The notes: generated by a model not told the origin, from the letters alone. DNA of 64,000 bases from Nitrospiraceae bacterium (GCA_021373015.1 JAJFTJ010000014.1:10927-74926), one strand, 5' to 3'. Positions 43,605 through 56,744 are shown, counted from the first letter of the stretch. Made by a program: numbers and translations.

Positions 43605-45568
43605 TTAGATTTTTACCTGTCGTCCTGCTTGTTTTTTCGCTAATAAGTTTACATTTCAAATTTCCATCAGAAAAACCAGCGTTTTGGTTCCTGCTTCCAG
43701 CAGCTGCCTTGCTCATTTACCTGACCCTGTATTTAGCAAGGAAAAACACAATCAGCTCATTCTCATTTGAGTATTTATTTGGCTTTGCGCTTATAATCGC
43801 CGGCGCAATAAAGCTGTCAGGTTATGCGTGGCTTCATACTGTTTATCTTTTATATCTTATTCCCTTGACCGCATTCTTTCCTATGAAAACAATGATCCTG
43901 CTGAGCCTTTCGGTCCCTCTGCTTGAGGCAAGTCATTTTATTAATTCTAATAACATCTATGAAGAGGTTTCAGTAAGCATAGTCACTATCATCGCCGCAA
44001 TTACAAGCTCATGGTTGTTTGCATCAGCCAATAAAAAAATACTTTCTGTGGAATCTCAACTGATTTATCTGAAAAAAGAGACATCAGATATAAGCGCTGC
44101 CGGCGCTGTCTCAGTACAGGATGACAATGCAGTAGCCCAATATCTGTCTATGATTTCCAGAGCAGACAAAGATATTAAAGAAGTTTTACAAACAATAAAA
44201 CATTCTCTTACCGCTGATTCAGTGAATTTTTTTGTGCCTTACAACAATACACTCAAACTCAGAAGCACAACAGAAGAAACAGAAAACATAATACCTTCAG
44301 GTAATGGATTTATAATGGCCTGCTATAAAGAAAAACGCACAATCATTTCAGCTGATGTAAATGAAAAGGGGTATGAAGTGGGATATTTGAAAAAAGGCAG
44401 AATTTCATCCTTTATCTCAATCCCGGTTATTGACGAACCATTTGTGCTTGGCGTTCTTTCCGCTGATACTTCAAGATACTCTGCATTTACTGAAATAGAC
44501 ACAACGACACTAAATCTTTTATCCAAACAGCTTATACGCATACTTCAGCAGGAAAGAGTTCACTCGCAGATCCACAGGTCACATTCAGGACTAAAAATAC
44601 TGCACGAAGAAAGCGTAAAGCTCACTGAAAGCTTGAAATTCGAAGATCTCAGCCAGAAGATTGTAGAGAGCTGTTTAAAAATTGCCCCGTCAAAGATTAT
44701 TTTATTTACAAAAAAAGGAGAAGCATTCGAGTTATTGCACAAAACAGATGATATAAAGCTTACTAAAAACCTATATTCACCCAGAGGAACACTTCTGGAC
44801 ATGGCAAAGAAAAACAGAAAGATAGTATGTCTATCAGATGTAAGAAACTATACGTATAACCTAATGCCATTCGAGACAAGAGATATCGCCTCTGTATTAA
44901 TTCTTCCTTTGCTCTATGAGGGAGAGCTTACAGGCATGATCGTGTTTCTATCAGAGAAACTTAGCGCATTCAATTCTCACCAGATAGAGCTGCTTGTTGT
45001 TCTTGGCACACAGGCTTCAATCTCGATTGCAAACGCTAAATTCCATGCTGAGATAAAGCGGCTTTCGGTTGTCGACGGACTCACAGGACTTTTTAATCAC
45101 AGACATTTCCAGGAAAAATTAACAGATGAATTCAGGCGTCTGGATCGAACTCAAAAGCCTTTTTCAATCCTTCTGCTGGATATCGATTATTTTAAAAAAG
45201 TTAATGACACATACGGGCACCCGGCAGGAGACAAAATACTTCAAGGTGTTGCTAATATAATGAAAAACACAATGCGTGATATAGACATCGCAGCAAGATA
45301 CGGCGGCGAAGAATTTGTAGCAATACTTCCTGACACAGACAGCACAGGCGCTATGAACATTGCAGAGAGACTAAGGCAACAAACACTAGACAATGGATTT
45401 AACATCGACGGTAAAAATATTCATGTGACAGTGAGCATAGGGATATCAACAGCTGCAGGAAAATCAGATGATAAAAAAAGCCTTGTAGAAAAAGCTGATC
45501 AGGCGCTCTATCATGCAAAAAACAACGGAAGAAACCAATGTGTGCTGTGGAGTGAAATCAGGAGATAA
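43535..45568 (+). CDS. membrane GAF-GGDEF diguanylate cyclase
   Basis: N-terminal TM helices, two GAF-like regions, GGDEF domain with GGEEF active site and RDID I-site 5 aa upstream. Start uncertain, because the ATG at 43535 overlaps the upstream gene by 70 nt. Confidence 0.8.
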   Translation: MGSSIQEVFPRGGSKKRKGIRRIIRFLPVVLLVFSLISLHFKFPSEKPAFWFLLPAAALLIYLTLYLARKNTISSFSFEYLFGFALIIAGAIKLSGYAWLHTVYLLYLIPLTAFFPMKTMILLSLSVPLLEASHFINSNNIYEEVSVSIVTIIAAITSSWLFASANKKILSVESQLIYLKKETSDISAAGAVSVQDDNAVAQYLSMISRADKDIKEVLQTIKHSLTADSVNFFVPYNNTLKLRSTTEETENIIPSGNGFIMACYKEKRTIISADVNEKGYEVGYLKKGRISSFISIPVIDEPFVLGVLSADTSRYSAFTEIDTTTLNLLSKQLIRILQQERVHSQIHRSHSGLKILHEESVKLTESLKFEDLSQKIVESCLKIAPSKIILFTKKGEAFELLHKTDDIKLTKNLYSPRGTLLDMAKKNRKIVCLSDVRNYTYNLMPFETRDIASVLILPLLYEGELTGMIVFLSEKLSAFNSHQIELLVVLGTQASISIANAKFHAEIKRLSVVDGLTGLFNHRHFQEKLTDEFRRLDRTQKPFSILLLDIDYFKKVNDTYGHPAGDKILQGVANIMKNTMRDIDIAARYGGEEFVAILPDTDSTGAMNIAERLRQQTLDNGFNIDGKNIHVTVSIGISTAAGKSDDKKSLVEKADQALYHAKNNGRNQCVLWSEIRR

Positions 45569-45569
45569 T

Positions 45570-45866
45570 ATGTCTGCTTTTATTTCAGATACAACAGAAG
45601 AGGAGATTAAGAGAGAACGTGCCAAAGCGCGTGAACTCAGGAAAACACAGTGGTGGAAGAGGAAACAATCACAGGGGAAATGTTATTTCTGCGGAATAAA
45701 TTTCAAACCAAAAGAACTCTCGATGGATCATATCGTGCCTATTATCAGAGGCGGCAGATCAACAAAGGGGAATGTTGTTCCCGCCTGCAAAGAATGCAAC
45801 AACAAGAAAAAACATATGCTACCAATTGAGTGGGAAGAATATCTTTCAAGGCTCAAGAATGAATAG
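45570..45866 (+). CDS. small HNH endonuclease-domain protein
   Basis: CYFCG...DHIVPIIRGG...NVVPACKECNNKK HNH/zinc-finger pattern. ATG 1 nt after the GGDEF stop, preceded by AGGAG. Confidence 0.75.
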   Translation: MSAFISDTTEEEIKRERAKARELRKTQWWKRKQSQGKCYFCGINFKPKELSMDHIVPIIRGGRSTKGNVVPACKECNNKKKHMLPIEWEEYLSRLKNE

Positions 45867-45871
45867 ATTCA

Positions 45872-45954
45872 TGGTGCGAGAGAGGGGAGTTGAACCCCTA
45901 CGGTTACCCACTGGATCCTAAGTCCAGCGCGTCTGCCAGTTCCGCCACTCTCGC
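45872..45954 (-). tRNA. tRNA-Leu (anticodon UAG), CCA encoded
   Basis: The reverse complement folds with acceptor GCGAGAG/CTCTCGC, anticodon stem-loop CTGGA-CTTAGGA-TCCAG, a long variable arm, and T-arm AGGGG-TTCAACT-CCCCT. Confidence 0.88.
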
Positions 45955-46052
45955 TGATTGATTGTAAAAGATTTTTCCTTGTCAGGTCAAACACAACCTT
46001 TACCAGTTATTCTTTCCAATTTTTTTCAAATCATATATAATTCTCATATCAA

Positions 46053-48460
<2,408 letters not shown>

Positions 48461-48470
48461 ATATATTTAA

Positions 48471-49292
48471 ATGACAAGAGAAATAATAATATCCAGAACA
48501 AAAATTGGTAAAAACAATCTGCCTGTTATTATTGCAGGGCCGTGCGTCATCGAGAACGAAGACATCACATTTGAGACAGCAAAGACATTAAAAGAACTCT
48601 GCAAAAAAACAGGACTGCCGTTTATATTTAAAAGTTCATACGACAAGGCTAACAGGACTTCAATAAAATCTTTCAGAGGACTTGGGATCGAAAAAGGCCT
48701 CAGGATTTTATCAGACATCAGAAACAGATTAGACATCCCTGTAATAACGGATGTTCATTCTATTGATGAAATAAAACCTGCTTCAGAAGTACTTGATGCA
48801 TTGCAAATACCAGCCTTTCTTTGCAGGCAGACTGACATGATCCTTGCTGCATCTAAAACAGGAAAGCCTGTGAACATCAAAAAAGGGCAGTTCCTTGCGC
48901 CATGGGATATAAAAAATATTATTGATAAATTCACATCCACAGGCAATCATGATCTTTTCATTACTGAAAGAGGCGCATCCTTCGGATACAACAATCTTGT
49001 TGTTGATTTCAGGGCATTTCCGATAATGAGATCTTATGGTTATCCTGTTATCTTTGATGTAACGCATAGCCTGCAGCTCCCCGGCGGACAGGGAAGTTCG
49101 TCAGGCGGACAGAGAGAGTTTGCAGAGTCATTTGCAAGGGCAGCAACAGCATGCGGTGTTGATGGATTGTTTATGGAAGTTCACCCTGCCCCAGATAAGG
49201 CTCTCTGCGATGGGCCGAACATGATAAGCCTGAGCGCACTTCCAAAGCTGTTTAAAACTATCAAATCTTTACATGAACTTGTGAAGGAATAA
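48471..49292 (+). CDS. kdsA: 2-dehydro-3-deoxyphosphooctonate aldolase (KDO-8-P synthase)
   Basis: IAGPCVIE, FKSSYDKANR, IPAFLCRQTD, DVTHSLQ motifs. Confidence 0.92.
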   Translation: MTREIIISRTKIGKNNLPVIIAGPCVIENEDITFETAKTLKELCKKTGLPFIFKSSYDKANRTSIKSFRGLGIEKGLRILSDIRNRLDIPVITDVHSIDEIKPASEVLDALQIPAFLCRQTDMILAASKTGKPVNIKKGQFLAPWDIKNIIDKFTSTGNHDLFITERGASFGYNNLVVDFRAFPIMRSYGYPVIFDVTHSLQLPGGQGSSSGGQREFAESFARAATACGVDGLFMEVHPAPDKALCDGPNMISLSALPKLFKTIKSLHELVKE

Positions 49293-49304
49293 GAAAAAAA
49301 TATT

Positions 49305-50285
49305 ATGGCTGATTTGAAATACAACATAATCGAGATAGCGAAAAAGGTTTTAAAAACAGAAGCTGATGCAGTGCTTGCGCTAAGGGATAAGCTCGACAGC
49401 AATTTTGAAAAAGCAGTAGAGATTATCTACACAAGCAAAGGCAAGGTAGTTGTAACAGGAATGGGTAAGTCAGGCCTTGTTGGAAAAAAGATAGCTGCAA
49501 CAATGGCATCAACAGGCACGCCTGCATTTTTTATGCATCCTGCTGAAGCAAGTCACGGAGACCTTGGCATGGTAACTTCTGATGATGTTGTGATTGCAAT
49601 ATCAAACAGTGGAGAGACTAATGAAATTGCAGGACTGATTCCTTTTCTAAAAAGGTTTAATGTGAGCCTTATAACAATGACAGGAAATTCTGGTTCAACA
49701 CTTTCAAAAGCAGCAGATGCTAATCTTGATGTTTCTATAAAAGAAGAGGCCTGTCCCCTTGGAATTGTTCCAACCGCATCAACAACTGCAACCATGGCAA
49801 TGGGTGATGCAATCGCAGTAGCGCTTCTAACAAAACGAGGCTTTAAAGAAGAGGATTTTGCTTCCTTTCATCCAGGCGGCAGTCTGGGCAAAAAATTATT
49901 CATTAAAGTAAAAGACCTTATGCATACAGGCGATGCTCTGCCGATAATTGCACCTGATAAATCAATGATAAAGGCAGTCTTTGAAATATCTTCAAAAAGA
50001 CTGGGTGTCACTATTGTTGCTGATAAAAATCAAAAGCTGTTGGGAATTATCACGGATGGAGATCTGCGCCGTGGAATAGAAAAATGGGGGAAACCTTTTT
50101 TTGATATGAAGGCAGAGGAAGTCATGACAAAAAATCCCAAAATGATTACCGAAGATGAGCTTGCAGTAAAAGCGCTTTCTATCATGGAGGAAAGATCAAT
50201 CACTTCCCTTGCCGTTCCTGATGAAAAAGGAAAAGTCGTAGGGATCATACATCTGCATGATATTTTAAGACAGGGAATAGTATGA
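49305..50285 (+). CDS. kdsD: arabinose-5-phosphate isomerase (KpsF/GutQ family; SIS + 2 CBS)
   Basis: VVVTGMGKSG, SNSGET, then a tandem CBS region. Confidence 0.9.
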   Translation: MADLKYNIIEIAKKVLKTEADAVLALRDKLDSNFEKAVEIIYTSKGKVVVTGMGKSGLVGKKIAATMASTGTPAFFMHPAEASHGDLGMVTSDDVVIAISNSGETNEIAGLIPFLKRFNVSLITMTGNSGSTLSKAADANLDVSIKEEACPLGIVPTASTTATMAMGDAIAVALLTKRGFKEEDFASFHPGGSLGKKLFIKVKDLMHTGDALPIIAPDKSMIKAVFEISSKRLGVTIVADKNQKLLGIITDGDLRRGIEKWGKPFFDMKAEEVMTKNPKMITEDELAVKALSIMEERSITSLAVPDEKGKVVGIIHLHDILRQGIV

Positions 50286-50839
50286 AGAAAAAATCAAAGT
50301 CAGAAAAACAGACTGTAAACATAAAAAAAACAGCAAAAAATGCAAAGCTCCTGATACTTGATGTCGATGGTGTAATGACTGACGGAAGAATCATCCTCGA
50401 TAATGATGGCAATGAATTCAAGGCCTTCCATGTCAGAGATGGTCACGGCATAAGGATGCTTATGCGCGCAGGCATACAGGTAGCGATAATCACAGGGAGA
50501 CAATCAAAAGTAGTAGACAGAAGAGCAAAAGAACTGGGGATCACTGAGGTATATCAGAATTATTTTAAAAAGCTTGATGCATATGAAATTATAAAAAATA
50601 AATTTTCCCTCAGAGACGCAGAGATAATCTGTATCGCTGATGATGTGGTTGATCTGCCTCTTATCAGAAGAGCAGGACTTTCCTTTGCTGTTGCGGATGC
50701 GCCGGAAGACGTAAGGGCTAATGCAACAATAGTAACAAAGAATGACGGCGGCCGAGGTGCAGTGCGTGAGGCTGTAGATTTTATTCTAAAAGCAAAAAAT
50801 CTTTGGAATGGAATTATAGATGAGTATCTTGAAGCTTAA
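50282..50839 (+). CDS. kdsC: KDO-8-phosphate phosphatase (YrbI family HAD)
   Basis: LLILDVDGVMTDG, FHVRDGHGI, IADDVVDLP motifs. Lys-rich N-terminal extension of about 20 aa. Confidence 0.85.
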   Translation: MKKKSKSEKQTVNIKKTAKNAKLLILDVDGVMTDGRIILDNDGNEFKAFHVRDGHGIRMLMRAGIQVAIITGRQSKVVDRRAKELGITEVYQNYFKKLDAYEIIKNKFSLRDAEIICIADDVVDLPLIRRAGLSFAVADAPEDVRANATIVTKNDGGRGAVREAVDFILKAKNLWNGIIDEYLEA

Positions 50840-51368
50840 TCTGCCGACAATCCTGACCCTCAGCAGGATTGTGCTTATACCTGTTTTTGTAATTGTTACT
50901 TATCAGCATCCATTGCTTGGAACAGCAGTATTTATAATTGCTTCACTTACTGATTTTTTTGATGGTTATTTCGCAAGAAAATCAGGAGAAATAACAAAAT
51001 TCGGGATTATACTTGATCCGCTTGCAGATAAATTTCTGATAATATCCGCTCTCGTAGTTCTGGTTGATATGGATAAACTCTCAGCCTGGATCGCTATTGT
51101 TATAATTGTGAGGGAATTTTTTGTTACAGGCCTTAGAGTAGTTGCCCTTTCAAAAGATATCGTGATTCCTGCTGAGATGGGCGGAAAGCTAAAAACATGT
51201 GCACAGATTGCAGCCATACTCTGCCTCCTGATAAGCGACAGTGCAGCTAACTTAAGCGTACATAGCATAGACCTGAATGATATTGGAATTGTTTTTATAT
51301 GGATATCATTAGTTCTGGCAATGGTTTCAGGAATTAAATACACAGTATCATTCTGGAAGAGAATATGA
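50820..51368 (+). CDS. pgsA: CDP-diacylglycerol--glycerol-3-phosphate 3-phosphatidyltransferase
   Basis: CDP-alcohol phosphatidyltransferase motif DFFDGYFARKSGEITKFGIILDPLADK. Confidence 0.88.
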   Translation: MSILKLNLPTILTLSRIVLIPVFVIVTYQHPLLGTAVFIIASLTDFFDGYFARKSGEITKFGIILDPLADKFLIISALVVLVDMDKLSAWIAIVIIVREFFVTGLRVVALSKDIVIPAEMGGKLKTCAQIAAILCLLISDSAANLSVHSIDLNDIGIVFIWISLVLAMVSGIKYTVSFWKRI

Positions 51369-51955
51369 TAAAGATACTTATTCTTGCAATTGCTGCATAT
51401 GTTCTTGGCTCTATTCCATTCGGCGTTGTTAGTGCAAAGACAAAAGGCATTGACCTGACAAAAACTGGCAGCGGAAATATCGGAGCAACAAATGCACTCC
51501 GTGCACTCGGTAAAGGCCCTGCCATAATAACACTGCTGGGAGACATGCTCAAAGGAACAGCTGCTGTTGCAATAGCCCGCCTTTTTGAGATTGACCCTTT
51601 ATATGAGGGAATTATCGGACTAGCCGCAATACTTGGACATAGTTTTTCTCTCTTCCTTAATTTTCGAGGAGGAAAGGGAGTTGCCACAAGCATTGGAGTA
51701 CTATTAATTTATTCTCCGCAGACTGCTATACTTACATTAGCAATATGGCTGGCAGTGCTTCTCTTAACAAGGATATCATCTCTGAGTGCGCTAGTTGCGT
51801 TTGCTCTGCTGCCAATTAATATAATACTATTTGATAATGAAAATATTAAATTGTTTGTCACAGTTTTGATTGTAATCTTGATTTTTGCAAAACATATTGG
51901 CAACATAAAAAGAATTGTAAAAGGAAAAGAAAAAAAGATAGGGGAAAGAGCTTGA
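51365..51955 (+). CDS. plsY: glycerol-3-phosphate acyltransferase PlsY
   Basis: GSIPFG, GSGNIGATN, GGKGVAT motifs. Polytopic, 196 aa. Confidence 0.9.
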   Translation: MIKILILAIAAYVLGSIPFGVVSAKTKGIDLTKTGSGNIGATNALRALGKGPAIITLLGDMLKGTAAVAIARLFEIDPLYEGIIGLAAILGHSFSLFLNFRGGKGVATSIGVLLIYSPQTAILTLAIWLAVLLLTRISSLSALVAFALLPINIILFDNENIKLFVTVLIVILIFAKHIGNIKRIVKGKEKKIGERA

Positions 51956-53631
51956 AGAAATATTTATATTTATATGCATCAGTTCTTCTCCTGGCTTTAT
52001 GCAACCCTGTAATATCCTTTTCTAAAGATGTCTATGAAACCCGTCTTAATGAAGGTTTAAAAAATACCGAACCTTATTCATACATTCTGATAAAAAATGC
52101 AGAAGACAATCCTGCAAAAGCAGAATTATTGCTTAAAGAAGCCATACAATATTCTCCCAATCTTCCTATTTCTTATTTTAATATGGCATGGCATAAACTG
52201 ACTGAAGACAAGGCAGTGTTCGAAAGTCTTGATTATGCATTAAGGGGTTTTGAAGAATACAGCAATAACTTCTGGTGGCTTAGAAGCCTCACTGGACTTA
52301 TAATTGCCAGTGTTGTTCTTTCTTTTGCTTTAATGCTTTTAGGCCTGGTTTTTTTAAAATCCTTTAAAGATATCAGATTATTATCTCATGATATTAAAGA
52401 AGATAAAAAGAAAATCCTCATGGTTCTTTCCTTAATTATATTTTCCATCTTTGGGCCTTTATTTTTTATAACGGCACTACTTGCATTCTTTGGAATTTAT
52501 TTTGAAAAAAAAGACAAAATTATCGTCTATGCTGCTTTGCTTTTTCTGCTTGCTTCGCCATTTTTTTTAAAAATAACCAATAGCTTTATCTCGGCAAATT
52601 CCCCAGATCTCAGAGCAGTTGTCTCAATTAATGAGAGCCGTGAAAGCAAATATGCGCTTCTCTTGCTAAAAGATAAAAATGCTTATGTTCCACAATTTTT
52701 ATACGGTTTAGCTCTAAAAAAAGAAGGCCGCTATGAAGAAGCAATCGCCGTGTACAAAAATTTGCTTTCAACCAACTCGGAACCAAAGGCATATGTAAAT
52801 TTAGGCAATATATACTTCAGCATGAATGATATTAACAATGCATCCGAGGCCTATAAAAAAGCTATTGAGATAAAACCTCTTGCATCAGCATATTATAATC
52901 TGAGTCTGGTCTCTCGTGAAAAATTGGATTTCCAGAAAGGCGGAGAATATTTTCTTGAAGCAACAAAACTAGACAGCAGAAAAATTACACAATTCTCAGA
53001 AACAGCAGAAAAAACCGGCAAGAATCCTAATCGAGTTCTGATTGACGAAACCCTCTCTATGTCTGAGATATGGAACTATGCAAATACCGGCGCCAATAAT
53101 ACAATGAATATAAATATTTCCACCATAGGTTCTGGATTAACATTTATAATCGCACTAATACTCATAGTTCTTTTTTATTATCTAAATTCTTCAAAAAACA
53201 AATCATATATCTGCTCAAGATGCGGAACAGTCATATGCGGAAAATGCACAAGAGGAAAGCACTGGGGACAGATGTGTTCTGTATGTTATAGTTCTGTTGT
53301 AAAACCTGAAGGACTTGATGCAAGAGAAAGGATCGCAAAACTGCTCGATATCCAGAGCATTCAGGCAAGGAAATACAGCATTGTAAGACTTATCTCCTAT
53401 GCCCCGCCTGGATTTGCGCATATATTTGCAGGAAGGATTCTTGAGGGATGTATATATCTTTGGATTTTTTTCTTCTTTCTTGCCATGCTAATTTTAAATC
53501 CATTCATAAGTATCGGGCTGTCAACCTTCACTCACACATGGATTAATATTCCAAGCCTGACAATAATGGCTATTATTTATATGGCTACATTTATCGGCAT
53601 AAGAAGGAGGCTCAATAGAGGATGGCTCTAG
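51952..53631 (+). CDS. polytopic membrane protein with TPR repeats and a Cys4 zinc-ribbon, unknown function
   Basis: TTG start overlapping the plsY stop. Signal/TM segments, TPR-like region (EAIAVYKNLL...AYVNLGNIYF...ASEAYKKAIEIKP), CSRCG..CGKC...CSVC, and C-terminal TMs. Confidence 0.6.
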   Translation: MKKYLYLYASVLLLALCNPVISFSKDVYETRLNEGLKNTEPYSYILIKNAEDNPAKAELLLKEAIQYSPNLPISYFNMAWHKLTEDKAVFESLDYALRGFEEYSNNFWWLRSLTGLIIASVVLSFALMLLGLVFLKSFKDIRLLSHDIKEDKKKILMVLSLIIFSIFGPLFFITALLAFFGIYFEKKDKIIVYAALLFLLASPFFLKITNSFISANSPDLRAVVSINESRESKYALLLLKDKNAYVPQFLYGLALKKEGRYEEAIAVYKNLLSTNSEPKAYVNLGNIYFSMNDINNASEAYKKAIEIKPLASAYYNLSLVSREKLDFQKGGEYFLEATKLDSRKITQFSETAEKTGKNPNRVLIDETLSMSEIWNYANTGANNTMNINISTIGSGLTFIIALILIVLFYYLNSSKNKSYICSRCGTVICGKCTRGKHWGQMCSVCYSSVVKPEGLDARERIAKLLDIQSIQARKYSIVRLISYAPPGFAHIFAGRILEGCIYLWIFFFFLAMLILNPFISIGLSTFTHTWINIPSLTIMAIIYMATFIGIRRRLNRGWL

Positions 53632-54695
53632 AAGGCTCTTTAAAAGATTTCGGGCTTGCTGACATTCTTCAGCTGATACATCTGCAAAGAAAGACAGGTG
53701 TTCTTTCTCTCGAAGGCAGAATGGACAAGATCCGCCTGATCTTTTATCAGGGCAATATTATATCTGCAGAATCAAAACGCAGGAATGAAGCAAATCGTCT
53801 TGGCAAGGTACTTGTCAAAAAAGGGTTGATTACAGAGCAGGAACTTCAGGAGGTAATGCAAGTTCAGAACACAACAGGTGAAAAAATAGGAACCCTGCTT
53901 GTCAAAAAAGGGACTATTACAAAAGAACAGATACAGGCAATAATCATTTCTCAGGTAACAGAGACGGTTGTTCAAATATTCAACTGGAAAGAAGGCACAT
54001 ATGAATTTACACAGCACGGCGTGCCTATCGATGCAGATCTGCCAATAACCATAGATACGCAGCATCTGCTTATGGAAGGACTGCGCATAATTGATGAATG
54101 GTCGCTTATAGAAGGAAAACTTTCTCTCGATACTATTTTTGACAGAATGGAAAAACCCGGAATTTCTTTAACAGCTGACGAAGCATCGATACTTGAGCTT
54201 ATTGACGGTGAAAATGATGTCAGCACAATTATTGATGCCAGCCATATGGAAAATCTGCAGGCATCGAAAATTTTTGTTTCTTTATTAGAAAAAGGACTGA
54301 TAGAGCCAAAAGAGACTGCACCTGTCGAGCCTGTTCAAATAACACAATATGAAATTCGACCGCTTAAAAAAACAGGGCCGTCCGTATCATTTGCAGGGAT
54401 ATTCACAACAATCATATTTGTCATAAGCGCTTTATTGGCATTTGCTGCTTTTCCTGCACATAAAAACGCTTATGCGCTTAACAAAATAAAAACAGTCGAG
54501 GATATTGATTCCATAAGATTCCTAGTCGAAGTATATAAATATGAAAAAGGCTCTTATCCCTCAACACTTGATCAAATAACTAAAATAAAAGATAAATGGG
54601 GTAACCCTTATGTTTACAAGATAGATTCGAATACTTTTGTCATCTACAGTCTGGGGCCTGATGGCAAAGAAGGCACAGAGGATGACATCTATTGA
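53622..54695 (+). CDS. DUF4388 + tandem MshEN-like motif + TM + GspG-like (pseudopilin head) protein
   Basis: N-terminal [15 protein letters not shown] (DUF4388-like). [53 protein letters not shown] span nt 53796-53954. TM is [22 protein letters not shown]-terminal is YPSTLDQI...[10 protein letters not shown]...[14 protein letters not shown]. Confidence 0.7.
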   Translation: MALEGSLKDFGLADILQLIHLQRKTGVLSLEGRMDKIRLIFYQGNIISAESKRRNEANRLGKVLVKKGLITEQELQEVMQVQNTTGEKIGTLLVKKGTITKEQIQAIIISQVTETVVQIFNWKEGTYEFTQHGVPIDADLPITIDTQHLLMEGLRIIDEWSLIEGKLSLDTIFDRMEKPGISLTADEASILELIDGENDVSTIIDASHMENLQASKIFVSLLEKGLIEPKETAPVEPVQITQYEIRPLKKTGPSVSFAGIFTTIIFVISALLAFAAFPAHKNAYALNKIKTVEDIDSIRFLVEVYKYEKGSYPSTLDQITKIKDKWGNPYVYKIDSNTFVIYSLGPDGKEGTEDDIY

Positions 54696-55398
54696 AAAAA
54701 AAAAGGCTGTTGTCCTTCTAAGCGGCGGCATTGATTCTTCAACAACACTCGCAATAGCTAAAGAAAACGGATTCGATATCCATGCTATCAGCTTTAATTA
54801 CAATCAAAGACACATAAACGAACTTGAAGCAGCCAAAAAAATCGCCTCCCTATTAGGAACAAAAAAACATCTTACAGTAAAATTTGACCTAAGAGAGATT
54901 GGAGGTTCAGCTCTTACCTCTGGAATAGAAGTGCCGAAAAAAACCTCATTGATAAAAAATTCTGTTTCCCAGATTCCAATAACTTACGTTCCAGCAAGAA
55001 ATACGATTTTTCTATCATTTGCGCTTGGATGGGCAGAAGTCCTTGGAGCCGCTGATATTTTTATAGGCGCAAATGCTGTTGATTACAGCGGTTATCCTGA
55101 CTGCAGACCGGAATATCTCAAGGCATTTGAAGAGATGTCCAATCTTGGAACAAAAGCAGCAGTTGAAGGAAATTTAAAATTCAAAATCCACGCTCCGCTT
55201 ATCAACATGACAAAGGCAGAGATTATCAGAAAAGGGCTGGCTCTTGGACTTGATTATGCCCTTACATGGAGCTGCTATGATCCACAGACATCTCAAATTA
55301 ATAATAAAATAATTCCATGCGGGAAATGCGACAGTTGCACCTTCAGGCTAAAAGGATTTAAGGAAGCAGGAACAAAAGATCCGTTGTCATATAAATAA
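54682..55398 (+). CDS. queC: 7-cyano-7-deazaguanine synthase QueC
   Basis: [14 protein letters not shown]-loop and C-terminal Zn site CGKCDSC. Start set to the ATG giving [16 protein letters not shown]. Confidence 0.9.
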   Translation: MTSIEKKKAVVLLSGGIDSSTTLAIAKENGFDIHAISFNYNQRHINELEAAKKIASLLGTKKHLTVKFDLREIGGSALTSGIEVPKKTSLIKNSVSQIPITYVPARNTIFLSFALGWAEVLGAADIFIGANAVDYSGYPDCRPEYLKAFEEMSNLGTKAAVEGNLKFKIHAPLINMTKAEIIRKGLALGLDYALTWSCYDPQTSQINNKIIPCGKCDSCTFRLKGFKEAGTKDPLSYK

Positions 55399-55400
55399 CT

Positions 55401-56744
55401 ATGCGCGCATATGACCTGATAAAAAAGAAAAGAGACAATAAAGAACTCACGAGAGAAGATATAGAATTTCTTATCACAGGCTTTCTCACAAATAAAATAC
55501 CCGATTACCAAATATCTTCGTTTTTAATGGCAGTGTATTTCAATGGCATGAGTGTTAATGAGACATCTGCATTAACCGAACACATGCTTAACTCAGGAAG
55601 AAAGCTGGATTTGTCAGATATCAGTTTGCCAAAGATCGATAAGCATTCTACAGGAGGAGTAGGCGATAAAATAAGCCTTATACTCGCACCTTTGGTTGCT
55701 TCTTCCGGAATAACAATACCAATGATAGCAGGAAGAGGGCTCGGCCATACAGGAGGCACAATAGACAAGCTCGAATCAATTCCTGAATTAAGAACAAATC
55801 TCTCTGTGGAAAATTTTATAAAGATTTTGAAAAATATTGGTTTTTCGATAATCAGCCAGACAGATGATATTGCGCCTGCTGACAAAAAACTTTACGGTCT
55901 GAGGGATGTAACAGCAACTGTTGAATCCATTCCTTTGATCGCAGCAAGTATCATGTCAAAGAAACTCGCAGAAGGCATTAACGGACTTGTTCTTGATGTT
56001 AAGTGCGGCTCAGGAGCTTTCATGAAAAATATTCATGATGCTAAAAAACTTGCCAGAACAATGGTTGATGTTGGAAATTCTGCTGGAGTAAAGACAGCAG
56101 CGATCATTACTGATATGAGTCAGCCTCTCGGAAATACAGTAGGCAATGGGCTTGAGATAAAAGAATGCATCACAGCATTAAAAGGAACTATGTCAGAAGA
56201 TATAAAAGAAAATATTTTGATACTTGGATCGTGGATGCTGTATTTAGCCGACTGTGTAAGAGAGAAAAAATCTTTATTAATGCCTTCCAGTGACAGAATG
56301 GAAAAATACAGTGAAAAATTATTACGTTTAATAGAAGACGGCTCAGCTCTCAAAAAATTTTCTGAATTCATTAAAGCACAAAACGGTGATCCTTCTGTGA
56401 TAGAAAATCCGGAATTGATAGCATCTGCAGTCAAAACAAGAGAAATAAAACCAGGCATTATGGGCTACATAACAAAAATGGATGCTGAAAAGGTCGGAAC
56501 AGCATCTATGCTCCTTGGTGCAGGCAGAAAAAAACAAGGAGAACCGATTGATTATTCTGCGGGAATTCTCCTCCTCAAAAAAATCGGCGACTTTATTGAT
56601 AAGAATGAACCTGCGGCAGTTTTTTACTATAATAATGATGATAAGATTCTTCTAAAAGAGGCGGCAGATCTGTTTCTTTCAGGTATAGAAATTAATGACT
56701 TAAAACCTGAAAAAAAATCAATAATTATCGAAGTGATATTGTGA
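55401..56744 (+). CDS. thymidine / pyrimidine-nucleoside phosphorylase
   Basis: DKHSTGGVGDK, GRGLGHTGGTIDKLESIPE, LYGLRDVTATV motifs. 447 aa. Confidence 0.88.
   Translation: MRAYDLIKKKRDNKELTREDIEFLITGFLTNKIPDYQISSFLMAVYFNGMSVNETSALTEHMLNSGRKLDLSDISLPKIDKHSTGGVGDKISLILAPLVASSGITIPMIAGRGLGHTGGTIDKLESIPELRTNLSVENFIKILKNIGFSIISQTDDIAPADKKLYGLRDVTATVESIPLIAASIMSKKLAEGINGLVLDVKCGSGAFMKNIHDAKKLARTMVDVGNSAGVKTAAIITDMSQPLGNTVGNGLEIKECITALKGTMSEDIKENILILGSWMLYLADCVREKKSLLMPSSDRMEKYSEKLLRLIEDGSALKKFSEFIKAQNGDPSVIENPELIASAVKTREIKPGIMGYITKMDAEKVGTASMLLGAGRKKQGEPIDYSAGILLLKKIGDFIDKNEPAAVFYYNNDDKILLKEAADLFLSGIEINDLKPEKKSIIIEVIL

Noticed and set aside
45570-45866. Small HNH endonuclease next to a tRNA gene, as a possible homing or mobile element.
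   Set aside because: No intron, intein, integrase or direct repeats flank the tRNA-Leu. The gene is translationally coupled to the GGDEF gene and looks like the widespread stand-alone HNH protein of about 100 aa.
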